Shown here: piece after piece, positions 9,407-17,977 of the stretch
Numbering within the stretch: position 1 is the stretch's first letter
Layout: the number at the start of each line of letters is the position of its first letter
NCBI GenBank assembly: GCA_014804615.1
Contig: JAAUZL010000024.1
Location: 49,800-113,799 of the forward strand
Reading direction: 5' to 3'
DNA length: 64,000 nucleotides
DNA from: Lachnospiraceae bacterium
GTDB taxonomy: Bacteria > Bacillota > Clostridia > Lachnospirales > Lachnospiraceae
The notes under the pieces: model-generated
What the model saw: the letters and a program-made list of their open reading frames with translations, nothing else
What the model was told of the DNA's origin: nothing
The model's database searches: none
Program-made: the position numbers and the translations under genes

Positions 9407-10249
9407 TCATTTACGTAACGACATTTCGTACTCCTTTGTATATACATCTTTAAACACTCCTTTTAATCCTACCGGATTAATTGAAACAATTTCAATATCA
9501 GGATAGTTCATTTTCGCAAACTTTGCCAGTTGTTTCCATCCCCATTTCATCCAACTGTGATCGTTATCAACATCCGCTGCAGCTGCTTCTTTCGAATACC
9601 CCCTACTACAGTCAGCTCCTACTATATAAATTTTATCCGGATGGGTCCACAGTGCAAATTGAAATACAATAAACAACGTTGTACCATACGACCGAAACGG
9701 GGAAGTCGAAATATCCAAAGGGCATATAAATTTTCTTGCCGCTTTAATTCTACTGCCATATAATCCATAATCGTAACTATCTGCATAAAATGTTTCAGCA
9801 CCCTTTTGCTCCCTTATATAATCAGGAATTAAGCACTCATCATTCCGATAATGTATACCAAAAAACTTAACTAAATCATCATCTCTGAGAATTTGATTGA
9901 ATACTTCCTGTTGCCGATCATTTTCTTTACAGTAATCACAAACAAAATAGTAATCATATTTAATACTTTCTTTTAATATAGCCGTATTAAGTCCCATATG
10001 TATTGCGTCTGATATCTGGTTATAATAATCAAAGGTGGGACCGGTCCCTGTAATCACAACTGTTTTCCCTTTATTAATCCCTTTATACTTCGGAAATACC
10101 TTTTGGTGTTGCACCATAGCAGGCATATAGATATCGGTTAACATCGCAAGACGATCAATTATAATATCTGTTCCAATAATATGTCTTATTCTCTTCTTAT
10201 TGTCCTCTAAAAATGTCAATAAATTGTCTCCAATTTTCTCTAATTTCAT
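9407..10249 (-). CDS. DUF115/MptE-like protein with CstII-like pattern; candidate nonulosonate (sialyl-type) transferase
   Basis: GKTVVITGTGPTF resembles the (A)GNGPSL motif. YGTTLFIVFQFALWTHPDKIYIVGADCS resembles the TSG...A..LGYKEIYLSGID pattern of GT42/Maf-type proteins. This is pattern-level similarity only. Confidence 0.45.
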   Translation of the reverse strand: MKLEKIGDNLLTFLEDNKKRIRHIIGTDIIIDRLAMLTDIYMPAMVQHQKVFPKYKGINKGKTVVITGTGPTFDYYNQISDAIHMGLNTAILKESIKYDYYFVCDYCKENDRQQEVFNQILRDDDLVKFFGIHYRNDECLIPDYIREQKGAETFYADSYDYGLYGSRIKAARKFICPLDISTSPFRSYGTTLFIVFQFALWTHPDKIYIVGADCSRGYSKEAAAADVDNDHSWMKWGWKQLAKFAKMNYPDIEIVSINPVGLKGVFKDVYTKEYEMSLRK

Positions 10250-10273
10250 TTTTTCTCCTTCCAGAAAGTATAT

Positions 10274-11155
10274 TCAATGAATCTGAACTTCTTCAGCAAA
10301 CACCTTATCTATTTCGTTTTTATATGTTTTATAATACTCTTCCTTATAGCCTTGAAGTTCTTCCCTTTGTGCATCCGTTACAAGATAATCAATTATATTT
10401 ACATTTACACCCGCTTGTCTTAATAAATCGGAAAAAATGTCATTTCTCGTTTTAGAAAAAACAAAAAATCCTTCTTGCTTCAGTGTTTTCAACTTTTCAA
10501 GATTTTCGACAGCAAATTTCCAGGGATATGAAATAATCCAAATATCATTCTTTTTTAGGAATTCGATCGTATTATCCAGTGGCCATTTCCTCATTTTCTC
10601 ACTGGTTCCCATCTGCATTTCATCATCTATACAGTATTGGTATTGCATCATCCCCTTATATTCTTTTATCGCCAAAATCATATCCTCATTATAGGCTTCA
10701 AAAACAATACGTTTTCCATCAATACTTGATTTATCAATATAGTATTTCAATTTATCTAAAAGCGCACAACATCCGGCATATGAATATACTTTAGGATCAA
10801 TCATGACCATACATTCTGCACGTTTTCTAAGCATATCAAATATATCTACTAATCCCATAGGCGTCAACCCGCCAGTTATTCCCTTATATAGCTTTTGACG
10901 CTGAAACCATTCATATGTACAATGTTTTGGTATATCTTCAATATCCATTTTCCTGAATGTTTCCTCTGTAAAATTATGGCAGGCAACATATTCACCGTCT
11001 TCAGTACTATCTATATCTATCTCGAACATTCTGACACCTTGTGTGTACCAATATTCCATCGCTTCCAACGAATTAGTAAACATCAGCTCATGTATAAATC
11101 CACACGCATGCATACAATAATGAAAAGAATTTCTGTTTAAATATGGGAAATTCAT
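10274..11155 (-). CDS. glycerophosphodiester phosphodiesterase (GDPD)-like family protein
   Basis: MHACG...TNSLEAMEYWYTQGVRMFEIDIDSTEDGEYVACHNF matches the H(R/A)xG ... NS.EA ... E.D ... DG..V..H layout of GDPD-like proteins. Confidence 0.5.
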   Translation of the reverse strand: MNFPYLNRNSFHYCMHACGFIHELMFTNSLEAMEYWYTQGVRMFEIDIDSTEDGEYVACHNFTEETFRKMDIEDIPKHCTYEWFQRQKLYKGITGGLTPMGLVDIFDMLRKRAECMVMIDPKVYSYAGCCALLDKLKYYIDKSSIDGKRIVFEAYNEDMILAIKEYKGMMQYQYCIDDEMQMGTSEKMRKWPLDNTIEFLKKNDIWIISYPWKFAVENLEKLKTLKQEGFFVFSKTRNDIFSDLLRQAGVNVNIIDYLVTDAQREELQGYKEEYYKTYKNEIDKVFAEEVQIH

Positions 11156-11170
11156 ATTATCCTCGTCTTT

Positions 11171-11908
11171 CTACAGATCAGATTGATTCGCTATTTCATA
11201 ATCTTCCAAATCATCAATCTCATACCAACGGCTTTCATCAACTATAACTATCTGTATATTATCGTTTCTATAGTAAATTAATGAACCAATAACCAGTTCA
11301 TAATAACTTTGCAAATTTCCGGTTTTGACATACGTCTCTAAAGCAGGCATTAACTTTCTATTAAAAAAAGTCTCCTTAAATTTATAAATATTTACCGTTT
11401 TATATGCACAACTGTAATCTCTATTTTCATCCTGGTGCGCTTTGATTATCAACTCTCTGGCGTTGCCATTCTCCGCTGTAATAAGCGTTCCATTCATCGT
11501 TTTAGAATTAAAAGCGCTTACCAGAATGCTGCAATCTGCCTCCCCATCAATAATACTGTCAATTATATCTTGTTGATAAAACAAATCACACTCCAAAAGA
11601 AGACAATCGGTCTTGATTCTATGACCAACCATATATAGAGAATATACGTTATTAGTTGTTTCATACTGATCATTTACAATATATACAATATCCATTCCCT
11701 TGTATGAACTACCAACGCCCTCTTTAATAACATCAGCCATATATCCGCATATTATGATAACCTCATCAATTTTTCCGGTTGCAGCCAAACGATCCAAGGC
11801 ATTAAACATTAATGGTTTACCCTTTATCTTTACCATACATTTAGGAATAGTATCTGTATATGGACGTAATCTGTTTCCTTTTCCCGCTGCTAAAATAATT
11901 GCCTGCAT
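11171..11908 (-). CDS. LicC-like nucleotidyltransferase (CTP:phospho-X cytidylyltransferase family)
   Basis: MQAIILAAGKGNRLRPYTDTIPKCMV ... TTNNVYSLYM resembles LicC. Start moved to M11, which has an AGAGGAAAG RBS; the track start at 11938 has no RBS. Confidence 0.65.
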   Translation of the reverse strand: MQAIILAAGKGNRLRPYTDTIPKCMVKIKGKPLMFNALDRLAATGKIDEVIIICGYMADVIKEGVGSSYKGMDIVYIVNDQYETTNNVYSLYMVGHRIKTDCLLLECDLFYQQDIIDSIIDGEADCSILVSAFNSKTMNGTLITAENGNARELIIKAHQDENRDYSCAYKTVNIYKFKETFFNRKLMPALETYVKTGNLQSYYELVIGSLIYYRNDNIQIVIVDESRWYEIDDLEDYEIANQSDL

Positions 11909-11951
11909 TTCATCTTTCCTCTCTATCTGGTAATCCATTCAAGTTTACTAT

Positions 11952-12920
11952 CTAAACATCATATTTCTTTATAAACTCTTCAACCGGCAAATAGAAGTCA
12001 TCGTAACAATCTCTAATCTTATCATCTGACCAATCCCACCATGCAATTCTGTTTAAAGCGGCAATTTGCTCTTTACTAAATCGATATCTGATAATCCGCG
12101 CCGGTACCCCGGCAACAACCGCATAATCCGGAACATCTTTTGTGATAATTGCTCCGGCAGCTGCAATAACCCCGTTTCCGATGTTTGCTCCATTGCAAAT
12201 AATTACATTTTGTCCAAGCCATACGTCATTACCAATTTTACATCTTGTCCGTTTTCTGACGTATCCTCTTGGCTGAATTCCGTCTATATGACCGGGATGT
12301 TTCGCTTCCTCATATTTTTTTGTCACCGGAATTTCCAAATTAGGACTATGCGCATACATCATAGGATGCGTAGTAATATATTCTGTTGCATGATTAGCTG
12401 CCACTGTTGTACCTGGCGCAAAGCTCGAATAACTTCCAACCGACTCGATCAGAGGATCAAAGTCTTGGGGAAGTAATGAACCGTAACTATACTTACCTAT
12501 AGTTGTTGAAACCGTTTCGCCAGTAATAGTTTTTCTTTCAAATCTCTGTTCGCGTTTTCGACTTTCTACCCCCCCCCCTCTCTCAAAATTCAGTTCAGCA
12601 ATCTGCTCCGGCTTTATATAGCTAAGCAACTCTTTTTTTAGTTGTTGATAGATTTTGGCATTCGTAGAGGCTAAAATCACACAGGCATTTTGGTATTTGT
12701 CTGAAGCCAAAATCCCAATAGGTTTAATTCTGCTATTATATTTACACAAATGATTATCTATTATCAATCTTTCCTGGATTCCATATGCATCGTTAAGAAA
12801 TGTCTTAATCCGCATTCCTATGTCTCCAAACGGAAAGATAATAAAATTTTTCTGTCCACGATCAAGCTGTGTTTCAATACACTTTCTAACACTTGCATTA
12901 AACAAATTCATACCTTCCAT
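11952..12920 (-). CDS. hexapeptide-repeat (XAT/Vat-type) acetyltransferase with N-terminal Rossmann-like module
   Basis: IGKYSYG ... IGNDVWLGQNVIICNGANIGNGVIAAAGAIITKDVPDYAVVAGVPARIIRYRF is a left-handed beta-helix. The N-terminal module is KNFIIFPFGDIG. Confidence 0.7.
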   Translation of the reverse strand: MEGMNLFNASVRKCIETQLDRGQKNFIIFPFGDIGMRIKTFLNDAYGIQERLIIDNHLCKYNSRIKPIGILASDKYQNACVILASTNAKIYQQLKKELLSYIKPEQIAELNFERGGGVESRKREQRFERKTITGETVSTTIGKYSYGSLLPQDFDPLIESVGSYSSFAPGTTVAANHATEYITTHPMMYAHSPNLEIPVTKKYEEAKHPGHIDGIQPRGYVRKRTRCKIGNDVWLGQNVIICNGANIGNGVIAAAGAIITKDVPDYAVVAGVPARIIRYRFSKEQIAALNRIAWWDWSDDKIRDCYDDFYLPVEEFIKKYDV

Positions 12921-12975
12921 AAATATTCTCCCCGCTAGATTTTAAACGTTTGTAAATCGCCAAAATATATATAAA

Positions 12976-13902
12976 TTAATCATAACTAAATTTATACTTT
13001 TCCTGGTAAAATTCCTTATATGGAATATCCGGATAAAACTGAGTCTTATGCCACATACCTCTTTGCTCTATTGGTGGAAATTCCATATAATGTCCAAAAT
13101 ACAAGTGAAGTTGTTCATCATATCCTACAGGAACCCTTACCATTATACTTTCAAACTCTTTTTCGATATAATCATCAAATATTCTCTTAGGCCAAATTTT
13201 TTTGGAAGCCTCATACTGTGTAGAAACCAATAATGATAAATACTCAGTCTCAATCTCCTCATCCTGCATTGCCAATTTTTCTATTTTTTCAAATATATCT
13301 ACAGGAGACAGCGAACTATCATAATACCGTGCAACGACCTCTTTGTCACGTTCAGATTTATTTGGAAAATCATACCTCATATACGCTGAATTCTTCATTA
13401 TAAGTTCATATATTTTTTCTCTTCTTGGTAAATAATCTTCCTTTGTTACCTTATCCAAGGGAAAAATATCTATAAATATTCCTTGACTAAATTTACAATA
13501 TGTAAACGGTTCGACAACCACTGTTGTATTTTCATTTCTTAAACGCATAAATGAATATCCATAACTCGGATCTGTGTAAACATTTTGTAAAAAATATGGA
13601 TGTCGGAATTCTTTTGATAACTCCTTCAGCTTTTCATAGGAATTTCTCGGCATACATACATCAATATCATCATCCCACGGAATAAATCCCTTATGCCTTA
13701 TAGCGCCTAGCGTAGTTCCGCCATCCGTAAAATATGACAAATTATTTTTTTCACATACCCGGGCGAATTCTTTATACAAATCTAATTCTATAGCCCATAC
13801 TTTTTTCATGTTCTCAGATACTGTATAATCACAACTAACCTTTTTCTCCCAGAAATCTTTAGGCAGCCAGTTTTCCTGATATATTCGTTCTACTTCTGTC
13901 AT
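12976..13902 (-). CDS. LicD-family phosphotransferase (phosphocholine / polyol-phosphate transferase family)
   Basis: YFTDGGTTLGAIRHKGFIPWDDDIDVCMPR is the LicD signature. RBS GAAGGAGGAAAG. Confidence 0.8.
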   Translation of the reverse strand: MTEVERIYQENWLPKDFWEKKVSCDYTVSENMKKVWAIELDLYKEFARVCEKNNLSYFTDGGTTLGAIRHKGFIPWDDDIDVCMPRNSYEKLKELSKEFRHPYFLQNVYTDPSYGYSFMRLRNENTTVVVEPFTYCKFSQGIFIDIFPLDKVTKEDYLPRREKIYELIMKNSAYMRYDFPNKSERDKEVVARYYDSSLSPVDIFEKIEKLAMQDEEIETEYLSLLVSTQYEASKKIWPKRIFDDYIEKEFESIMVRVPVGYDEQLHLYFGHYMEFPPIEQRGMWHKTQFYPDIPYKEFYQEKYKFSYD

Positions 13903-13912
13903 CTTTCCTCCT

Positions 13913-14686
13913 TCAAATATATTCTCCTGCCGTAATCCTAAATGTGCTGCCTGTCATCATTGCTGAATCATCAGACATCAGATAAATTAATGCATTCACA
14001 TAATCAGCTCTTTCCAGCATTCTACCCATTGGCAGAATACTTGCAGCTTGTCTTCGCAATTCTGCCTCCGACATGCCCCGGGTTTTTCTAAATTCAACCT
14101 CGCCCTCAGTAGGTGTCCATCCTAATGTCAAATAATTACACCGGATCTGTTCACATGCGTAGTTATGAGCGATATGCTCCATTAATGTCAACAATACCCC
14201 CTTCGAGCAGGCATATGCTGCTCTGTCTTTCTGTCCTCCCCATGCATGGGCAGAACCTGTAAGAACGATAGAACCGCCGCCATTTTGCCGCATATACTTA
14301 ATTGCCTGTTGGCAACAGAAAAAACAAGCCCGAAAATTAATATTCATCACTCTGTCAAACGTTTCAACATCGCAGGTGTCAAGCCCTGACTCCGGTGTTA
14401 TGCCAGCATAGTTAAAAAAGCCGTCCACTTTCCCGTAAACTCTGACTGCTTCATCCAAAAGATTTCTACAGTCCTCTACATTTTCCAATTCCGTATGAAC
14501 AAAAATTCCTTCGCTCCCATAAGTCTGCATTACCCGTATTGATTTCATGGCCGCCGACTCATCTCTCCCGCCAATAACAACCTTCGCTCCTTCGCGCGCA
14601 TATTCTTCCGCTATAGTGCGTCCTACTCCTTTCGTTCCTCCGGATATCACAATTACCTTGCCACTTAATTTTCTATCGCTCATCAT
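13913..14686 (-). CDS. classical short-chain dehydrogenase/reductase (SDR)
   Basis: VIVISGGTKGVGRTIA glycine-rich motif and a YACSK catalytic YxxxK. Confidence 0.8.
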   Translation of the reverse strand: MMSDRKLSGKVIVISGGTKGVGRTIAEEYAREGAKVVIGGRDESAAMKSIRVMQTYGSEGIFVHTELENVEDCRNLLDEAVRVYGKVDGFFNYAGITPESGLDTCDVETFDRVMNINFRACFFCCQQAIKYMRQNGGGSIVLTGSAHAWGGQKDRAAYACSKGVLLTLMEHIAHNYACEQIRCNYLTLGWTPTEGEVEFRKTRGMSEAELRRQAASILPMGRMLERADYVNALIYLMSDDSAMMTGSTFRITAGEYI

Positions 14687-15974
14687 CCAGTCCCATTACT
14701 TTCTTCACATCAAAACCGTGCAACAACATATTCTCGCCTTCAGTGTTAATAACAACAACCTTATCCATATATTCAGACAACGTTTCCGCCAGCTCTCTTT
14801 TACTGTCGCATACAAAATACAATCGGGTCATAACCTGCTTTTCCGTTCCTATCCATTCATCAAACACATTATCACCCTCATAAAGCCTTTGCACGTTAGC
14901 GACAATGCGAGAATCTTCTGCTATGTTTTCAAGCCCTTTTATCTGATGAATTTTTCCCTTTTTTAACAAAAACCAGAGTGTCGCTGCCCATTTCCCATGA
15001 AAATATGGATCGTCTTCCTTCAGTAGATCTACATCTCCCTCTGATCCTGTTAAAGCAAAATTGATTAACATCTCCCTCTGATCAAATCCATGAGCCGCCT
15101 TCATCAGTAAATGTGGTGCTTCTCCCTGAAGACGAAATCCTGTATCATACACATAAAATTCGCCGTTATCATAAAACGCCGACAGCATAAGTACGCCATT
15201 CCTGATTCCAATTGCCTTAAACATTCTGCAGGCATTTTCGTGCATACGTTCAAAATATTCTTCAATATGCCTGGAGGGATATGTGCCACCCAGACATACT
15301 CTGCTTAATCCTTGCTGTTCATCCGTTGTATAGCGGTCATAAATGCAAGATGCACTGCATACACCATCCTTAAAAGTGTAATACATTCCCATATCCTCAC
15401 ACTGCATATACTTCTCTACTATAAAACGCTTTTTTCTCGATTCCGCCAATGCTTTCTCTACAGCAGGTTTTAAGTCAGCTTTATCAAAACATACCGTCAT
15501 TCCTTTCCCACTGCAGCTGTCTACCGGCTTAACCATAACCGGAAACTCGATTTTAGCTATATCGCTGTCTTTCATTTCCGCATCCAGATAATATTCCGGT
15601 ATTCCATGAATACCATAACGTTCACATGTTGCCTTGAAGATATCCTTATATGAAAAAACATCCACAATTTCCTGCGTTGCATAGCAGTGGAATCCCAATG
15701 CATCACAAACTTTACAATATGCCGGAACCAAAACATCTGCTACCCCGACTAAGACTCCATCAACATTTTCTTCTTTAGCAAGTGAAATAATACCAGGCAC
15801 ATCCATTCCGTCAACATCGAAGCTTTTCCATGCATATCGCTTTGCATCATCCGTGGCACAATTACTTGTAACTAATGTTTTAATCCCCATTTCATTAGCA
15901 TATTTTACAAGAGGAGTCGTTTCAGGATTTGCACCCAATATTAATAATTTTTTCCCTGCAAGCTTGTCTTTCAT
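14673..15974 (-). CDS. ATP-grasp domain enzyme (carboxylate-amine/thiol ligase type)
   Basis: KKLLILGANPETTPLVKYANEMGI pre-ATP-grasp domain. FPVMVKPVDSCSGKGMTVC central motif. Confidence 0.65.
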   Translation of the reverse strand: MKDKLAGKKLLILGANPETTPLVKYANEMGIKTLVTSNCATDDAKRYAWKSFDVDGMDVPGIISLAKEENVDGVLVGVADVLVPAYCKVCDALGFHCYATQEIVDVFSYKDIFKATCERYGIHGIPEYYLDAEMKDSDIAKIEFPVMVKPVDSCSGKGMTVCFDKADLKPAVEKALAESRKKRFIVEKYMQCEDMGMYYTFKDGVCSASCIYDRYTTDEQQGLSRVCLGGTYPSRHIEEYFERMHENACRMFKAIGIRNGVLMLSAFYDNGEFYVYDTGFRLQGEAPHLLMKAAHGFDQREMLINFALTGSEGDVDLLKEDDPYFHGKWAATLWFLLKKGKIHQIKGLENIAEDSRIVANVQRLYEGDNVFDEWIGTEKQVMTRLYFVCDSKRELAETLSEYMDKVVVINTEGENMLLHGFDVKKVMGLDDER

Positions 15975-15994
15975 AATGCTAATCTCCTTTTGTC

Positions 15995-16765
15995 CTATAC
16001 TATTATTCCTTCGCCATATGCCATAATATAAAATTTATTATCCGGACATCTTTCCTTCATTTTTTCTATAAATAAACCAGGATTCCCTCCATGAGACGCA
16101 AACATTCCATAATGGTATGGTATTGTCAATTTCGGTTCTAACGCCCTGCTTAGCTCAACACATTCTTCCTCATTCATATTCCCAAACGCCCCGTTAATTG
16201 GTGCAAGCATAATATCAAACGGACCTTTTTCGGCATATTCTTCTACACGATCAAGCCGAAGGCAGGTATCTCCAGCAATATATACTTTTTTCCCATCCAC
16301 TGTGATTACCACTCCAACAGCATCCATTGCAGCTATACCATGGTCGCAAGAAACAAATTCTAACGTATAATCTCCCAAAACATGTATATCCCCAGGTCTT
16401 ACATAAGTAATCCTGTCATTGGTCATACGAAGTCTTTCTATCTCCTTCTCGCATTCTACAGACGCATACAACCGGGATTTCCCATTTGACATCAGTTCTG
16501 GGATTGCATCCATATCAAAATGATCGAAATGTGGATGCGTCGCTATAATGCCATCAAATTCCAACTCAAACGGATTTAACAATTTGGGCAGAAGTCTTTT
16601 AAAACCCATATGACCTTCTACACGCTCCACACATTCTGAAAGGTATAAATCTATTCCAAGCAACTGACCGTTCCTGCTTTTTATGGCAAAACCTGCCTGC
16701 CCTAAAAAAAATAGTTGTGTCTCTCCGTATTTTGCATATAAAATCTTATTTGCAAAATCACTCAT
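15995..16765 (-). CDS. MBL-fold metallo-hydrolase
   Basis: THPHFDHFD (HxHxDH) motif. Start set at M6 (GGGAGG RBS), which makes an ATGA overlap with the upstream ORF. Confidence 0.7.
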   Translation of the reverse strand: MSDFANKILYAKYGETQLFFLGQAGFAIKSRNGQLLGIDLYLSECVERVEGHMGFKRLLPKLLNPFELEFDGIIATHPHFDHFDMDAIPELMSNGKSRLYASVECEKEIERLRMTNDRITYVRPGDIHVLGDYTLEFVSCDHGIAAMDAVGVVITVDGKKVYIAGDTCLRLDRVEEYAEKGPFDIMLAPINGAFGNMNEEECVELSRALEPKLTIPYHYGMFASHGGNPGLFIEKMKERCPDNKFYIMAYGEGIIV

Positions 16766-17967
16766 TTTAGCGCCTCCCAAATTTTTTCACCAACCCTATC
16801 CTTTTCCCCTATGTTTGTCATTTCTTTTTGCTGATAAACCAAAAATGCTTTTAATGGAATATTGGGGCACTCATTCATAATCTGTATTTCTCCGTCCTTA
16901 ATATATCTTTGGGTAATAACATGATCATAATATTTTCTAAAGTCAGCCGTACACATCGGTTCCCAGGTTTCAATACCTGTCTCCTTATTAATAACTAAAT
17001 AATAATTTGACAGACGAGCCGCCACATAAATAAAACCACTTCGTTCCTTAATGTCTGCATATTTAGACCAGCCTTTTTTGCTATAATAGAAGAAATCAGC
17101 CGGATAATTATCGTATCTGTATGCATTTTTCTCTAATATATTATATACGTATATATCATCATTTTCTCCAGCCGGAAGCAGCCATATATTTCTCTCAGTA
17201 ACCGCCATGGCGCTAAATGCATATTTGTATTTCAGTTTAACTTTTTCTATTAGCCGTTTTAGGTCAGACATGATAAGCATATCAATTGTATTATCTTGTA
17301 TATTCCATATACTTATTGTGAAATCGTTTTGAAGAATATATAATTTATGTTCAAAATAATAAAAAGTCCTAACTTCCGAAAAAGACACATTATCCGGGAA
17401 CTCTTCTAAAGCTCTTTTTTGTAAATCATATCTGCAAATATAGTAATCCTCACTTATACTAACTATGAAATATATATAATTATCAATTACACATCCCCTT
17501 ATAAAATATTCCGCTTGTTTCCCATATCTTTCCTCGATTTTCCTATCTAAAGCATCATCACTATTCATTCTCTTATTCACCGTATCAAATGTATAAATGA
17601 TGCCTCGATACTGTGAAACAATAGCAATATATTCCTCAAAGCTTCCAACCAAAGCAATATTGTTGTCATCCTTTGCACGTGCATTTAAACAGTATGTATT
17701 TGATTTATGCGACTTAAGATTATATACAGCTAAAGCTTCTCCAAGATTATCCATACAATACCACTGATCCTTTTGAAGAACACATTTCTTGAAGCGATAT
17801 TCATTATGAAAATCAATGATCTCCATTTTAGTCTCTCCGGGAATAAATTTCACCAGAATATTTTTCCCCATAACCTGAGCATATATCTCTTTATCAACCA
17901 CCTCAAAGGTTTCAAATGCCACTATTTCTTTTTCTATATTTTGTCCGGCAGCTTTCTTATATAACAT
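16762..17967 (-). CDS. hypothetical protein, no family recognised; repeated beta-strand-rich blade-like segments
   Basis: Long ORF in a gene-dense operon, translationally coupled on both sides. Start set at M12 (GGGAG RBS, just after the DegT stop). Repeats such as YIYFIV..YYICRYDL, KLYILQNDFTISIWNI, NIWLLPAGENDDIYVYNI and FIYVAARLSNYYLVIN. Confidence 0.5.
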   Translation of the reverse strand: MLYKKAAGQNIEKEIVAFETFEVVDKEIYAQVMGKNILVKFIPGETKMEIIDFHNEYRFKKCVLQKDQWYCMDNLGEALAVYNLKSHKSNTYCLNARAKDDNNIALVGSFEEYIAIVSQYRGIIYTFDTVNKRMNSDDALDRKIEERYGKQAEYFIRGCVIDNYIYFIVSISEDYYICRYDLQKRALEEFPDNVSFSEVRTFYYFEHKLYILQNDFTISIWNIQDNTIDMLIMSDLKRLIEKVKLKYKYAFSAMAVTERNIWLLPAGENDDIYVYNILEKNAYRYDNYPADFFYYSKKGWSKYADIKERSGFIYVAARLSNYYLVINKETGIETWEPMCTADFRKYYDHVITQRYIKDGEIQIMNECPNIPLKAFLVYQQKEMTNIGEKDRVGEKIWEALK

Positions 17968-17977
17968 ACGCTTCTCC

